A DNA stretch of 44,308 nt from positions 1-44,308 of IMG/VR virus record IMGVR_UViG_3300031902_000015; one strand, 5' to 3'. Made by a program: the position numbers and the translations under genes. The notes beneath the pieces are model-generated. The model saw nothing but the letters and a program-made list of their open reading frames with translations. It was not told the origin of the DNA and did not search any database. This document shows, piece by piece, positions 10,485 to 20,198 of the stretch. Positions within the stretch are counted from its first letter, which is position 1. Each line of letters opens with the position of its first letter. The stretch comes from a virus. Taxonomy: Duplodnaviria > Caudoviricetes.

Positions 10485-10780
10485 TCACCGTCCGACTGCA
10501 ACCCTGCCTGACCGAGCACGGCTTGCGAGACTTCGAGCATGTTGCCGAGATCGACCACGGCCCGGATGTCATCCTCGGTCACGCTCGGATCTCCTCGCTG
10601 CGCGCTCGCTGCGAACACGCGCACGAGCTTGGCGAAGCGAACCTTGTCGAACGGATCGTCTCCGGACTTCAGTCCTGTGAGCGCCTTGATCTCGTCTTCG
10701 AGATCGCACATCGTTCCGATGCTGAGCGCGTAGAACTTGACCCGTCGCGAGCCGAACGCAATTTCAGTGAACTTCGCCAA
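10433..10780 (-). CDS. Tail assembly chaperone (G-like)
   Basis: 115 aa gene between tail tube and tape measure genes. Confidence 0.75.
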   Translation of the reverse strand: MAKFTEIAFGSRRVKFYALSIGTMCDLEDEIKALTGLKSGDDPFDKVRFAKLVRVFAASAQRGDPSVTEDDIRAVVDLGNMLEVSQAVLGQAGLQSDGEAAVPTSPQIGGESSLV

Positions 10781-10802
10781 GACAATCTCCTGCTATGCCG
10801 AC

Positions 10803-11543
10803 TCAGTGGGTCGTCGTGATCTGGTAGACCTGACCGGCCGCATTCGCGAAGCACGAGAAGTCGAACTCTGGGACCGTGAAGTCCTCGTTCTTGAACGTCA
10901 TCGTCAGCTTCGAGCTGATGCACTGATAGAGCTTCAGGTTGAGCACCGTGTTCATCGAGGCATTCGGCACGTTGAGTTCGGCCATGAACACCGGAGCCGC
11001 GCCCATCAGTGGGTTCGTGATGATCGCGCTCTTGAGGCCGGTCGCTACGTTGGCCGAGTACGACACCGAGATGTTGTTGGTGCCGACATCCGTGACCGCG
11101 AAGCCGTAGACGCCGCCGCTCGTCACCGTGTACGAAACGCCTGCGACTGGGGTCGATGCGACGCACGTCATTGCGACACCCGTCGCAATCATCGTGACGC
11201 CGAGATCCTCGGCGAAGCCTGCTGCACCGAGGACGGTGTACGCGCTCGCGACGACGGATCCGATCTCGCCCGTGGTGATCGCAAGACCACCCGTTGCAAC
11301 CGCTGTGCCCGTGAAGATCGTGTTCATGGCAGCCGCACTGATCGTGGCGGCCTTCGCCTTGCCCGTGATCTTCGCGGCGCCGCGGCCGACCGCTACGGCG
11401 AACTGGTTCTGCCCATGCAGTTCCTTCAGCGAGAAGCTGATGTCAATCGAGCATTCCTGCAGCGTGCCGAACAGGACGGGGGACGGGTTCGCGCCGGGCG
11501 GGATGGCATACAGGTTCCCGGAGCCAAATGAAAATTGCGGCAT
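10803..11543 (-). CDS. Major tail tube protein
   Basis: FGTLQECSIDISFSLKELHGQNQFAVAVGRG and KNEDFTVPEFDFSCFAN; synteny. Confidence 0.85.
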   Translation of the reverse strand: MPQFSFGSGNLYAIPPGANPSPVLFGTLQECSIDISFSLKELHGQNQFAVAVGRGAAKITGKAKAATISAAAMNTIFTGTAVATGGLAITTGEIGSVVASAYTVLGAAGFAEDLGVTMIATGVAMTCVASTPVAGVSYTVTSGGVYGFAVTDVGTNNISVSYSANVATGLKSAIITNPLMGAAPVFMAELNVPNASMNTVLNLKLYQCISSKLTMTFKNEDFTVPEFDFSCFANAAGQVYQITTTH

Positions 11544-11557
11544 AAATCACCTCTCGA

Positions 11558-12004
11558 TCAGATCGCCAAGATTTCGACCGGGACTCGCGCCACGGTTTGG
11601 TCGCCGAGGAACCCAGCGGAAATCTCCACGGGTCCGGAAATCGTGCAGCGGAAGACCGCGCCATCGAGCGTGTTCGTGAACGCGCTCGCGGGGGTCGTCT
11701 CGACCGCTGGAGTTAGTATGGATTCGAGGGCGTCAAGGATCGGATTTAGCACTTGGACGCCAGCCTTGGATGGCGTCGATTTGACGTACACCCAGATCTC
11801 GGCGTGGATCCGCCACTTGATCGGCAGGCCCTGCTGATAGACCGCGTCTTCCTTGACCGGCACGACGAACACGGCGGGCTGGTTCGTCACCGAGGCCCAC
11901 GTCTTCCAATCGCGCCCGATGGTCTCGATCCCGAGCAGGTACGGCTCGGCGTTGAGCTGCAGGATGCGTTCTGCGAGCGCGGCGTAGATGGGCTCGCGCT
12001 TCAC
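11558..12004 (-). CDS. Tail terminator / completion protein
   Basis: REPIYAAL..QPAVF pattern; 148 aa upstream of the tail tube gene. Confidence 0.7.
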   Translation of the reverse strand: MKREPIYAALAERILQLNAEPYLLGIETIGRDWKTWASVTNQPAVFVVPVKEDAVYQQGLPIKWRIHAEIWVYVKSTPSKAGVQVLNPILDALESILTPAVETTPASAFTNTLDGAVFRCTISGPVEISAGFLGDQTVARVPVEILAI

Positions 12005-12453
12005 TTCAACGCCTCAATCGCGCCGTCCCGCAGCCGGTCGATGATTTCCTGACGCATCGCGTCGACCGCCGGGGCCAAGAACGGGCGCGCGGGGATCGTC
12101 ACTTCCTTGACCGACACCCAATGGCCATTGACCTGAAAGCGCAGGAACGGCGCATTCTTCGCCCTGATCACTGCGCCGAATTCGTGGACCGGCGCGTAGA
12201 TCATGTTCGAGCCGACGATTCCGGTGATCTCGGAGTCGGTCGCTGATGCCTCGCCGTGGATGCTGCTGCGCAGGTTATTGGTGCGATTGTGCAGCGGGTT
12301 CCCGGACAGGCGATGTTCCCGCGACCAGTCCGCAGTCCTCGTCATCTCGCGTTGCATCACGAGCTGGAGACGGCTGGACATTGTCGTGCGCGCGTTCTTG
12401 AACTTCGCGCGCAGCTCTTCCTTGCCGACGATGGTGAGCGAGATCCCAGTCAT
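12001..12453 (-). CDS. HK97 gp10-like neck / tail completion protein (start trimmed to MTGISL)
   Basis: RTNNLRSSI, VGSNMIYAPVHEFG and IPARPFLAPA motifs. Confidence 0.85.
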   Translation of the reverse strand: MTGISLTIVGKEELRAKFKNARTTMSSRLQLVMQREMTRTADWSREHRLSGNPLHNRTNNLRSSIHGEASATDSEITGIVGSNMIYAPVHEFGAVIRAKNAPFLRFQVNGHWVSVKEVTIPARPFLAPAVDAMRQEIIDRLRDGAIEALK

Positions 12454-13079
12454 CGCGGGCCCGCCGGGGGTACCATGTTCCGGTACGGCTGCAGCATCGC
12501 CGCGATGCGGCCCGACATGCCGAACTTGGTGAAGTCGTCGAAGACCTGATTCTCGCCACTGACGCCGCGGGACTTGTAGCCGAGCGACTGCGGCGAGCGG
12601 TACAGCTCGATCACCAGCATCCGCGCGGCGAGCGCGAGGCCGCCGGGGATGTCGGCCGGGGCATACCCTGCCGTGTAGGTCACGATCAGCGGCGCGACGG
12701 ATTGCAGCCACGGGGTGTTCAGGAACGACAGGGTCCGCCGGTCGTCTTGCAGGAATACCCCCGACACGGTCTCCGTCTCGACCGTCGTCAGGACGGGGAG
12801 ATCCCGTGTCCCGCTCACGGCCGAGGTGATCGTGACGGCCGGGTAGTGGTTGAGCAGCACGTTCGGGAACTTGAACGTCGTGACCCCGCTCGGCGGGCGC
12901 TGCCAGTAGGTCTCGGCGTAGGTGATCACCTCGCCCAAGTTGTCCCGGCTGCAGTACCGCCCGATCAGGTCGGAGGCCGACTCGATCAGGGAGGTCAGCA
13001 GCTCATCGTCAGCCGTCTCGATGTCCGCGATCTTGAGGATCCGCTTGACGGCTGGCAGGGTGGTGAGGTTCGCGTACAT
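12450..13079 (-). CDS. Head-tail adaptor (gp6-like)
   Basis: LTTLPAVK..DDELLTSLI..AS..I..YC, VTYTAGY..IP and LQPYR motifs. Confidence 0.85.
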   Translation of the reverse strand: MYANLTTLPAVKRILKIADIETADDELLTSLIESASDLIGRYCSRDNLGEVITYAETYWQRPPSGVTTFKFPNVLLNHYPAVTITSAVSGTRDLPVLTTVETETVSGVFLQDDRRTLSFLNTPWLQSVAPLIVTYTAGYAPADIPGGLALAARMLVIELYRSPQSLGYKSRGVSGENQVFDDFTKFGMSGRIAAMLQPYRNMVPPAGPR

Positions 13080-13085
13080 CGGGCC

Positions 13086-13295
13086 TCAGAGCCCCTTACG
13101 CGGGCGCTCGTGCCGGGGCTCGGGGATTGGGTCCGGATCGGGCTCAGGAGGCGCCTCGGGCACGACAACCCGGGTCAGCCCCAGTTCGCACGCCCGGCCG
13201 ACATGGCTCGGCCGGATGTCGAAGACGCCGTCGGTGGCCTCGTAGTCGACGCCCTCGATGACGATCTTCGTGAAATGTGTGTGCATCAGGTTCAC
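13086..13295 (-). CDS. Small Pro-rich hypothetical protein after the capsid gene (69 aa)
   Basis: GTG start with a GGAGG ribosome-binding site; C-terminal part of the 350 aa track ORF. Confidence 0.6.
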   Translation of the reverse strand: MNLMHTHFTKIVIEGVDYEATDGVFDIRPSHVGRACELGLTRVVVPEAPPEPDPDPIPEPRHERPRKGL

Positions 13296-13314
13296 GGCAG
13301 CCCCTCCTATGTGC

Positions 13315-13345
13315 AAAGGGCCGGGATCCTTGCGAATCCCGGCCC
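13315..13345 (-). terminator. Hairpin / weak intrinsic terminator downstream of the major capsid gene
   Basis: GGGCCGGGAT-TC-GCAA-GG-ATCCCGGCCC: 10 bp perfect stem with a GNRA loop, followed only by TTT. Confidence 0.6.
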
Positions 13346-13372
13346 CCCCGCGATTCATCACTCGCCGACGGC

Positions 13373-14854
13373 TCAGCCGTTGGCGATGTTCGTGATGAGG
13401 CCGAACGAGGGCGGGAAGTAGTTCTGCAGCACGCCGTCGAAGTAGATGCCGTACTCGTACTTGCGCGACACACGCGGCCATTCGATCTGCTCGTAGTCCT
13501 TGCGGAGCAGCATCTGCGTGACGTTCGACACGTTCGAGAGCGGGTACGGCAGCGTGCCCGTGTAGAACAGGATCGTGCCCGGCGGGAGGTTCGGGTGCAG
13601 GTGCACCGGGATCTCCTGAGCGCCAGCCATCGAGAACTTGTTCAGGTAGCTGCGGACCATCACGCCGCCAGCGACGACGCCCTGATCCGTGTACTGGAAC
13701 ACGAACCGCTGGGCCGCCGAGCTGTTGCCCGCGAGGATCTTCTTGCCGATGTTCGCCATCTCCTGCGAGGAGACGTAGATGTCGGTCGGCGAGAGTCGCA
13801 GCGCATCCCAGAAATACTGCAGGGCCTTGTCGATCTCGACGATGCCGCCAGCGTTGTCCGAGGTCAGCGTCGTGCCGGTGCCCGCCGTGCCAGTCGCGAG
13901 CGTCTGGACGTAGCCGCCGTAGTTCGAGCCGTAGCAGTGAGTCATCAGGCCGTCGAACACGAGCCCGTTCTTGCTCTGGTCGGACGCGGGCAGATCGGTC
14001 GCGTTCTGGGTGCCCGACGCGGCAGCCGTGATCAGAACCGAATTGATCGTGGTGATCGCACCGAGCAGCTCCGTGCCAGCGGTCGCGCCCCAGTACCATG
14101 CGTAGGCGACGGCGCCCTTGATGACCGGGACCGTGCACGCGAGCGAGCCGGTCGTGCCCGTCGTGGTCGCAGCCGCCGAGGCTGCCGACTTGCGACCGAC
14201 GCCGCCACCGAAGGTGTCCGAGCTGCCGTCGCGATTGGTCCGCGTGACCGACGCCGTGATGCCGCCCGCGACCGTGTAGGCGAGGTAGGCTTCGAGCGTG
14301 AGGCCCGTGACGATGACCGAATGCGTGGTCGACGCGGCGAGCGCGCCCGCCGAACCCGCCGTGACGGTCGGCGCGGTCGCAGTGCCAAGCAGGAGCGAGG
14401 CATTGCCGCCGAGGATCAGCGCCTCTTCCGCGATCATGGTCGAGCGCAGCAGGCCCTCGACCGCAAGCGCCTTCACGTCCTGAAAGCCGTTCGCGGCGTA
14501 GTCCGCCTCGAAGGTCGCGTAGTCCTCAAGGCCGATACCCGCGAAGGCTGCCGTGTAGTTCGCGACGGTCGTCTGAATGGAGCCACCGCGGTTACCCTGC
14601 GAGACGCCAGCCCGGGTGTTCCCCGAATTGATCGCCGTGATCGCGCGCCAGTTGGCCTGCGTACCACCGACGGCCTTCACGCGCGCGGTGCGATTGCGCA
14701 GCGGCGTGTGTACCGGGTAGAGCGTCTTGGCCGGGGCTTCAAGGTTGTAGTAATTGATGCCCTGCACGGCCGAACTGGGCTGGGTCCAGTCCTTGCGCAG
14801 GCCCGTCCCCATGGCGGCCTTGAGCGCGTCGATGATCTGCGAGTTTCCATTCAT
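13373..14854 (-). CDS. Major capsid protein with a Thr/Ala-rich inserted beta domain
   Basis: 493 aa downstream of the protease; YNLEAPAKTLYPVHTPLRN and HLHPNLPPGTI..YFPPSFGLITNI; hairpin downstream. Confidence 0.85.
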   Translation of the reverse strand: MNGNSQIIDALKAAMGTGLRKDWTQPSSAVQGINYYNLEAPAKTLYPVHTPLRNRTARVKAVGGTQANWRAITAINSGNTRAGVSQGNRGGSIQTTVANYTAAFAGIGLEDYATFEADYAANGFQDVKALAVEGLLRSTMIAEEALILGGNASLLLGTATAPTVTAGSAGALAASTTHSVIVTGLTLEAYLAYTVAGGITASVTRTNRDGSSDTFGGGVGRKSAASAAATTTGTTGSLACTVPVIKGAVAYAWYWGATAGTELLGAITTINSVLITAAASGTQNATDLPASDQSKNGLVFDGLMTHCYGSNYGGYVQTLATGTAGTGTTLTSDNAGGIVEIDKALQYFWDALRLSPTDIYVSSQEMANIGKKILAGNSSAAQRFVFQYTDQGVVAGGVMVRSYLNKFSMAGAQEIPVHLHPNLPPGTILFYTGTLPYPLSNVSNVTQMLLRKDYEQIEWPRVSRKYEYGIYFDGVLQNYFPPSFGLITNIANG

Positions 14855-14904
14855 GTTCGTCTCTCCGAAAGTTCGAGGCGGCGCGCGGCCGATTGGGGTT
14901 GGAG

Positions 14905-16374
14905 TCAGAGCAGCCGGTCAGGGCCGCGCGCGTGCACGGCTTTGATCAGGCTGGCCGTCTTGTTCACTTCCGCACCCGTATGGATCGGCTCTACGGACTT
15001 CATCAGCTCATCCGCGGCGCTGACCTTCGCGACGCTGCCGTCCTTCTCCACTGCAAGTAGCGCGGGCGCGGGCGCCGCGGCGGCGGCCGGTGCCACTTCG
15101 GAATTCGGTGCAAGCCCGAGGGCCTTGATGACGGCGGTGACCGTCTCGGCGATGAGCGCTGCGTTGGAATCAGCAGCGGTGTCCGCCTTCTTCGTCTCGG
15201 GCAGCGTCTGGCCGCACTTCGAGCACTTCGAGTCATCCGGCGGGAAAGCCTTGGCCACATCGGCGGCGGGATCGGCGGCCGGGGCGGTCTTCTCGACGAC
15301 GGCGGTGGTGTCACTCATGATTGATTCCTCGGTCGGTTGCCGTTTCCCTGCGCCGTCAGCCATTGCCATCTCGGGCATCGCCATCGGAGCCAGCGGGACT
15401 ACTAATTCGGTGCCTGCCACAAGTTCGGCGGCCTCTTCCTGCACAAGCGCGATGCCGACTTCCGCGAGATCTGCGATCCGCGCGCGGAGGTCCGCGGGAA
15501 TCGGCGAGACATCACCTTCAGCACTCGCTTCGTACTGCTGGCCCTGCGCAAACACTTCGAGGTCCCGCAGCAGTGCGAAAAATTCGACGACCCCGGCCAT
15601 GCCCTTCTTCAGCTCGGCCCCGCTGGTCGCCTTCCGGTTCGCCGCCTCATCGCGCGGCTCATCTGCGTTCATGCTGTCGCCGTCATCGGCGGGGGCCCCA
15701 GATTTCGGGGTGCGTTTGGCGCGCTTGGATTTGGGATCGCCAGTCCGATAGGCATTGATGCCCTCGGTGGCGCTTGCGGGCGCGACGAAGTCCTTGGCGA
15801 GCAGATCGGCGACGAGCGCCTTCGTGAACTCGGATGCCTTGACTGCGATTTCGTCGACGGTCGCCTTGAAGGGCACGATCAGCACGGAGCCGTCGGCCTT
15901 CTGGACGTTGAAGAATTTCGCCGTGGGAATGCACGGCCGATCCACGATTGAGATCTCGGTGGGCGCCGCGGTGTAGCGCTGCACCTTCGTGCCGTCGACC
16001 GTGTCGGTCCACTTGCGGACGTAGCGGCCACCGATGGAAAACCCGGTGTAGACGCCTTCGAGCACCTTCTGCCACTCGGCGTCGTCGACGATCTTTGCGG
16101 CTACGTCGATGGCTTTTTCGATGTCATCGAACGAGATCTCCGTGACCTTGCCCGCGGCCACCGAGCCGTGCATGGCGCGGACGTTGCCGAGCGACTTGCC
16201 CGCGCTGTCGGCGGACACCTCGGCGCTCCAGCTCTCGAACAGAGGCCGGGAGCTGGCGTAGTCGAAGATCTCGTCGGAGCGGTCGCGGACTTCCTGAGCG
16301 GCCCGGCCATAGACCGTGCGCTGGGGTTCGTCGACCTTGATGATGCGGGCGAAGATCGAGGCTTGATCCAACAT
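14905..16374 (-). CDS. Prohead protease (XkdF/HK97-like) fused to a scaffold region
   Basis: KVDEPQRTVYG, VRAMHG (His), YTGFSIGG (Ser) and EISIVDRP; acidic Ala-rich C-terminal half. Confidence 0.88.
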   Translation of the reverse strand: MLDQASIFARIIKVDEPQRTVYGRAAQEVRDRSDEIFDYASSRPLFESWSAEVSADSAGKSLGNVRAMHGSVAAGKVTEISFDDIEKAIDVAAKIVDDAEWQKVLEGVYTGFSIGGRYVRKWTDTVDGTKVQRYTAAPTEISIVDRPCIPTAKFFNVQKADGSVLIVPFKATVDEIAVKASEFTKALVADLLAKDFVAPASATEGINAYRTGDPKSKRAKRTPKSGAPADDGDSMNADEPRDEAANRKATSGAELKKGMAGVVEFFALLRDLEVFAQGQQYEASAEGDVSPIPADLRARIADLAEVGIALVQEEAAELVAGTELVVPLAPMAMPEMAMADGAGKRQPTEESIMSDTTAVVEKTAPAADPAADVAKAFPPDDSKCSKCGQTLPETKKADTAADSNAALIAETVTAVIKALGLAPNSEVAPAAAAAPAPALLAVEKDGSVAKVSAADELMKSVEPIHTGAEVNKTASLIKAVHARGPDRLL

Positions 16375-16433
16375 GGATCGAGTCTGGAACCGGGGTGCGC
16401 TACTCCCCGAAAATCGCCGCGCGCGCGAGCCCG

Positions 16434-19400
16434 CTAGTGGACGGTGTCGTCCTCTAAGTCAGCAGCCTCCGGATCGCCCGGGTATACGGTGACGAAATCA
16501 CACTTGCAGTTATGTACTACTATTGAGTCCGCGAGGAACCATCCGCTCACCGTTTCGAGGTTGAACACATGGCCCGAGTAACGCTTTCCCGCGATGACGT
16601 CCTTCACCTGCACGAGCGCTACGGCCGCGGGGAGTCGACTGTGGATCTCGCGAATGATCTCGGCTGCAGCAGCAGTACCCTCCGACACCGATTTGCCCGG
16701 CTGGGTCTGCTTATGCGAAGCCCCCACGAGTACCGGCTCGCCGCCGAGCGGCGCAAGACCCCCGAGCAGCGGCGAGTCGCGGCCAAGGGCGCCGCTCGGC
16801 GCGTCCGCAGCGCCAGCCTCGCCACCCGCTACAGCAACCGCCGAGCCGTCGGCATCGAGCGGCGCGGGCGGCCAATGACCCCGGCGGAAGCCCGGGTCTA
16901 TGCCGTGCTGATCGCCATCGGCGGCCACATCCGCCACGACCGGGCCTTCGGTTCTTACAATGTCGACTTCACCATCGACAACGCCGTCGCCGTGGAAGTC
17001 CAAGACTTCCGTCCTAGCGTTCGTCAACGTGCCACGCAGCGCAAGCGCGTCAAAAAGGTTTTCGCAGCGGGCCTCGACTTCGTAGTCCTCTACCTCCAAC
17101 GCCCGGACCAGAGCGGTTGGATCGTTGGTCTTGAAGATGTAATCGCCGCGTTTGATGTCCTTCGCAGCGACGAATCCTCGCTGCGTCAGTACCGGGTGGT
17201 GCGGGGTGACGGTAAGGTCGGGGTGGTTCGCGACGCGAATGGTGATGACTTCCCCTTCGTAGAAGCGCCGGTACGCGCCGCGAACGCCAGCGGCGGCAAC
17301 GCGGGTGCCTGAGATGACGCAGTTCGGGTGGAAGACCGGGAAGTTGTAGCCGTCGACGAACTCCTCGTCCCACCCGATCACGCCAGCATCGTGGGCGTCG
17401 TCGCACTCGTCGCTCTCGGGCACCTCGGTGTCGTGCTCGGATCCGAGCAGCGTGTACTTGCCGACAGCCCCCAGCTCCTCCGCCGTATGAACTCGCCCGC
17501 CGATATGCGCGAGGTTGAGTTCCGTGCGCGCGATCATGTCTGCGCGCTCTTCACTGAACGCCGTGTTCTCTAGGATCGAGTCGGCCAGCATCTTGGCCGA
17601 GTCGCCGTCGGTGACGGCTTGCTCGATGGTCGAGCGCAGCATGTCGCGGGTGCTCGATTGGATCGACCACTCCGGGTTCGGGTTCACCACCAGCTCGCCG
17701 TCGACCCACTTCATCCCGACCATCTCCGCGCTACGCGCGTCCGCGTAGGCAATGGCATGGACATCGGCCCAGTCGGTCGCGATGTCAACGGCCACGCGAC
17801 CGGCGTCGACGGCTTCGAGCTGCGCGCCGACCTTGAACTGCCGGACCATGTCGGCGTCCACGGCATCGGACACGGCCAGCCAGTTCGCGTCAGTCACGGC
17901 ATCGAGCACGCCGTCGACGATGTCGGCATCGGTCGTTGCCGTGGTGATTAGCGACAGGTAGGACGTGACCCCGGCGTCACTGATGTCCCTGCCGATGGCA
18001 TCGAGCGCCTCGTGGATCTTCACGCGCAGCGCCGCGACGTGTGCCTCGGTCATCGCTTCGAGCGGCGTGACGCCGGGACCCGGGCGATTGAGGACGGCCT
18101 TCGCGAGCTTGCCGATAGGGATTTCGCGCATCGTGCCACCGAGGTGCAGGACCGTCTTCGGCGCCCGCGTCATGACGTCCCATCCCTCGCCGCTGCCAAT
18201 GAATCCAGCTCGCCGATACCAATCGGCCAATGAGCTAGACGATGGACCGCGCTCGCCGTAGTGCTTCGGGATAAGGGTCAGGGTGACGCCATGCTTGTCT
18301 GCGAGATCCGTCAACAGCCCCAGCGCCTTCGATCCGGCGCCGGTCTTGTCTCCGGGCTTGAACGAACGGATGTCGGAAATGTGCGCGCTCGTGCCGTGCG
18401 CGTAGACCTCGATGGCGGCATTGCTTCCCGGGGCGACGCGCTCGCGCTCATTCAGTGGGTTCGTGCTGGTCTGCGCGTGCAGTTCATCCATGAACGACTT
18501 GATGCCACCCCCTCCCGTCCACTGATTGCCATGGAACTCATGCCCGGCAACGTCACCCTTCCTAACCTTGCCGAAGCGCGCGCGCATCGTCTCAAGATTG
18601 AAATGACCCGGGACGTTCTCGCTGCCCGCGCGATACCAAACCCGAACGGGCACGGTCTTGTGGCCGAACTCGGCGGCGAGCGCCAGACGATGATTCCCCT
18701 CGGCGACGTACGCTTCGCCGCGGTGGTTCACTTGGATTGAGATCGGGCTCGTGATGCCGTGCTCTTTCACGGAGTCGCGCAGCGGCGCTCCCTTATCGTC
18801 GTGCGTGATGTTCGGGATCAGGTGCTCGTTGTTCTCTCCGGGCAGCCCTTTCAGCTCATCGACGGGCAGACGGCCAGTGAACCCTGCCGTCACGGCACCT
18901 GAAACCTTCATCTTCGATGCTTCGGCTTTTGCCTTCTCGCCCTCCTCCCAACTGCCGCGCGGGTTGTCGAAGAAGACGCCTTTGACCTGTGCGGGTTGCG
19001 ATCCGGGCCCGTCTGCACCGCCGTCGGTGTATTGATTGCCGTGAAACGCATGACCCGGGACGTCACCCTTCTGCACGCTTTTCAGTACGCTCTTCAAGCG
19101 AAGCACGGATCCCGATGCGACCCGGTACTCACTCTCCCCGGCCACGTACTTGCCCTGTGATCCCGGCTTGGTCTCGAACTCAAGCAGCTTGATGTCGCTG
19201 CGTGGAGTTGCCGCGAACTTGTTCCAGTCATTGGTGAAGAACGCAGGATTGGCCGGGCCCCCGGCCACGTCTCGCCAGAACAGGGAGCGGTTGATCAACT
19301 CGGCCTTCTGGTGAACACGCTCCTCGCTCGTGGACGCGCGCTGCATGAATCCGCCAACGAGGTGCGCGTCACCCAGATCCTTCGCGTTCACGCCCTGAAA

Positions 19401-20198
19401 GGACAGCCGCAGGGCCACGCTCTCCGGTGGCGTGTCCTCGCCCACGAACCACGAGCGCGTGCCGTTCAGCGTGTCGTAGAGTTGCGAGGGCAGGCCGTCG
19501 ATGCTCCGTGCTGATTCGCGCGAATACGTGTCCAAGAGGTTCGAGTACGACGGCCCCTTCGCATCGGTACCGTCCTTCGCTTGCTGGACGAGATCCTCCG
19601 GTGTGATCTTGCCAGTCATCACGTCGTGTGCGAGGAGCATCCCATTCAGGTACTGATCGGCCATCGCACGATCACTGGTCAGGCTGATCGTGTCACTGGT
19701 GCCTCCACCGATACCGGAGGTGTTCCCGGACTCGTCCCGCGTCTTGAGCCCCTCGACCTGAACGGCGTCGCCTGCACTGGTGACGTGATAGAGCGTGTCG
19801 GGCAACGGCTGCCACGGATAGCCCTCGCTGTTAAAGAACCCGAGCGTGCGCGCGTCCTCCTGAGTAATGTCGCCTTGCGTCAGCGCCATCACCATCGAGC
19901 GATCCCAGTCGGCTTCCTTCTGCCGCCATGCTACAGCCTCCGGCGAGTTGTAGTCGCCGACGGCCGGGTACGGTCCCACGAATTCTTTCCTCGGCGTTTT
20001 CCACGCGTCGGACGTGGCTACGTTCGGCCACGATCCGCCGCCACCCGTCCACTGATTCCCTCGAAACTCATGTCCGGGTAGATCGCCCTTCTCCAGCGCT
20101 TCGTCTGACTCCACAAGATCAGCATCGAAGAGCGGCTCCTCATCGTTGAGGAACCCGCCGTCTAAGTGAGCGCCACCCTCAGCGCTTCTTGCGCGCAT
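16434..20198 (-). CDS. MuF (SPP1 gp7-like) minor head protein with three N-terminal tagged modules (ART-like, ParB-like, GNAT) and an intein
   Basis: MuF core from ~18131: RADMIARTELNLA..C..PVFHPN[intein]CKC; three tag copies upstream. Confidence 0.88.
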   Translation of the reverse strand: MRARSAEGGAHLDGGFLNDEEPLFDADLVESDEALEKGDLPGHEFRGNQWTGGGGSWPNVATSDAWKTPRKEFVGPYPAVGDYNSPEAVAWRQKEADWDRSMVMALTQGDITQEDARTLGFFNSEGYPWQPLPDTLYHVTSAGDAVQVEGLKTRDESGNTSGIGGGTSDTISLTSDRAMADQYLNGMLLAHDVMTGKITPEDLVQQAKDGTDAKGPSYSNLLDTYSRESARSIDGLPSQLYDTLNGTRSWFVGEDTPPESVALRLSFQGVNAKDLGDAHLVGGFMQRASTSEERVHQKAELINRSLFWRDVAGGPANPAFFTNDWNKFAATPRSDIKLLEFETKPGSQGKYVAGESEYRVASGSVLRLKSVLKSVQKGDVPGHAFHGNQYTDGGADGPGSQPAQVKGVFFDNPRGSWEEGEKAKAEASKMKVSGAVTAGFTGRLPVDELKGLPGENNEHLIPNITHDDKGAPLRDSVKEHGITSPISIQVNHRGEAYVAEGNHRLALAAEFGHKTVPVRVWYRAGSENVPGHFNLETMRARFGKVRKGDVAGHEFHGNQWTGGGGIKSFMDELHAQTSTNPLNERERVAPGSNAAIEVYAHGTSAHISDIRSFKPGDKTGAGSKALGLLTDLADKHGVTLTLIPKHYGERGPSSSSLADWYRRAGFIGSGEGWDVMTRAPKTVLHLGGTMREIPIGKLAKAVLNRPGPGVTPLEAMTEAHVAALRVKIHEALDAIGRDISDAGVTSYLSLITTATTDADIVDGVLDAVTDANWLAVSDAVDADMVRQFKVGAQLEAVDAGRVAVDIATDWADVHAIAYADARSAEMVGMKWVDGELVVNPNPEWSIQSSTRDMLRSTIEQAVTDGDSAKMLADSILENTAFSEERADMIARTELNLAHIGGRVHTAEELGAVGKYTLLGSEHDTEVPESDECDDAHDAGVIGWDEEFVDGYNFPVFHPNCVISGTRVAAAGVRGAYRRFYEGEVITIRVANHPDLTVTPHHPVLTQRGFVAAKDIKRGDYIFKTNDPTALVRALEVEDYEVEARCENLFDALALRGTLTNARTEVLDFHGDGVVDGEVDIVRTEGPVVADVAADGDQHGIDPGFRRGHWPPAPLDADGSAVAVAGGEAGAADAPSGALGRDSPLLGGLAPLGGEPVLVGASHKQTQPGKSVSEGTAAAAEIIREIHSRLPAAVALVQVKDVIAGKRYSGHVFNLETVSGWFLADSIVVHNCKCDFVTVYPGDPEAADLEDDTVH
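16509..17321 (-). mobile_element. Intein (271 aa) in the MuF HPN|CxC motif
   Basis: Begins CVISGTRV, block B LTVTPHHPVLT, block F VFNLET, ends VVHN followed by Cys; excision restores HPNCKC. Confidence 0.92.
16569..17312 (+). CDS. Antisense HTH plus DUF559/Vsr-like endonuclease inside the intein
   Basis: GAGG 8 nt before ATG; HTH GESTVDLANDLGCSSSTLRHRF; MTPAEARVY..FGSYNVDF..VAVEVQ PD-(D/E)xK-like pattern. Confidence 0.75.
   Translation: MARVTLSRDDVLHLHERYGRGESTVDLANDLGCSSSTLRHRFARLGLLMRSPHEYRLAAERRKTPEQRRVAAKGAARRVRSASLATRYSNRRAVGIERRGRPMTPAEARVYAVLIAIGGHIRHDRAFGSYNVDFTIDNAVAVEVQDFRPSVRQRATQRKRVKKVFAAGLDFVVLYLQRPDQSGWIVGLEDVIAAFDVLRSDESSLRQYRVVRGDGKVGVVRDANGDDFPFVEAPVRAANASGGNAGA

Noticed and set aside
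13277-15751. 824 aa plus-strand ORF, and similar ones at 26967-28571 and 32457-34073
   Set aside because: Antisense shadows of capsid, portal and terminase genes in high-GC DNA, with no motifs, unlike the intein antisense ORF
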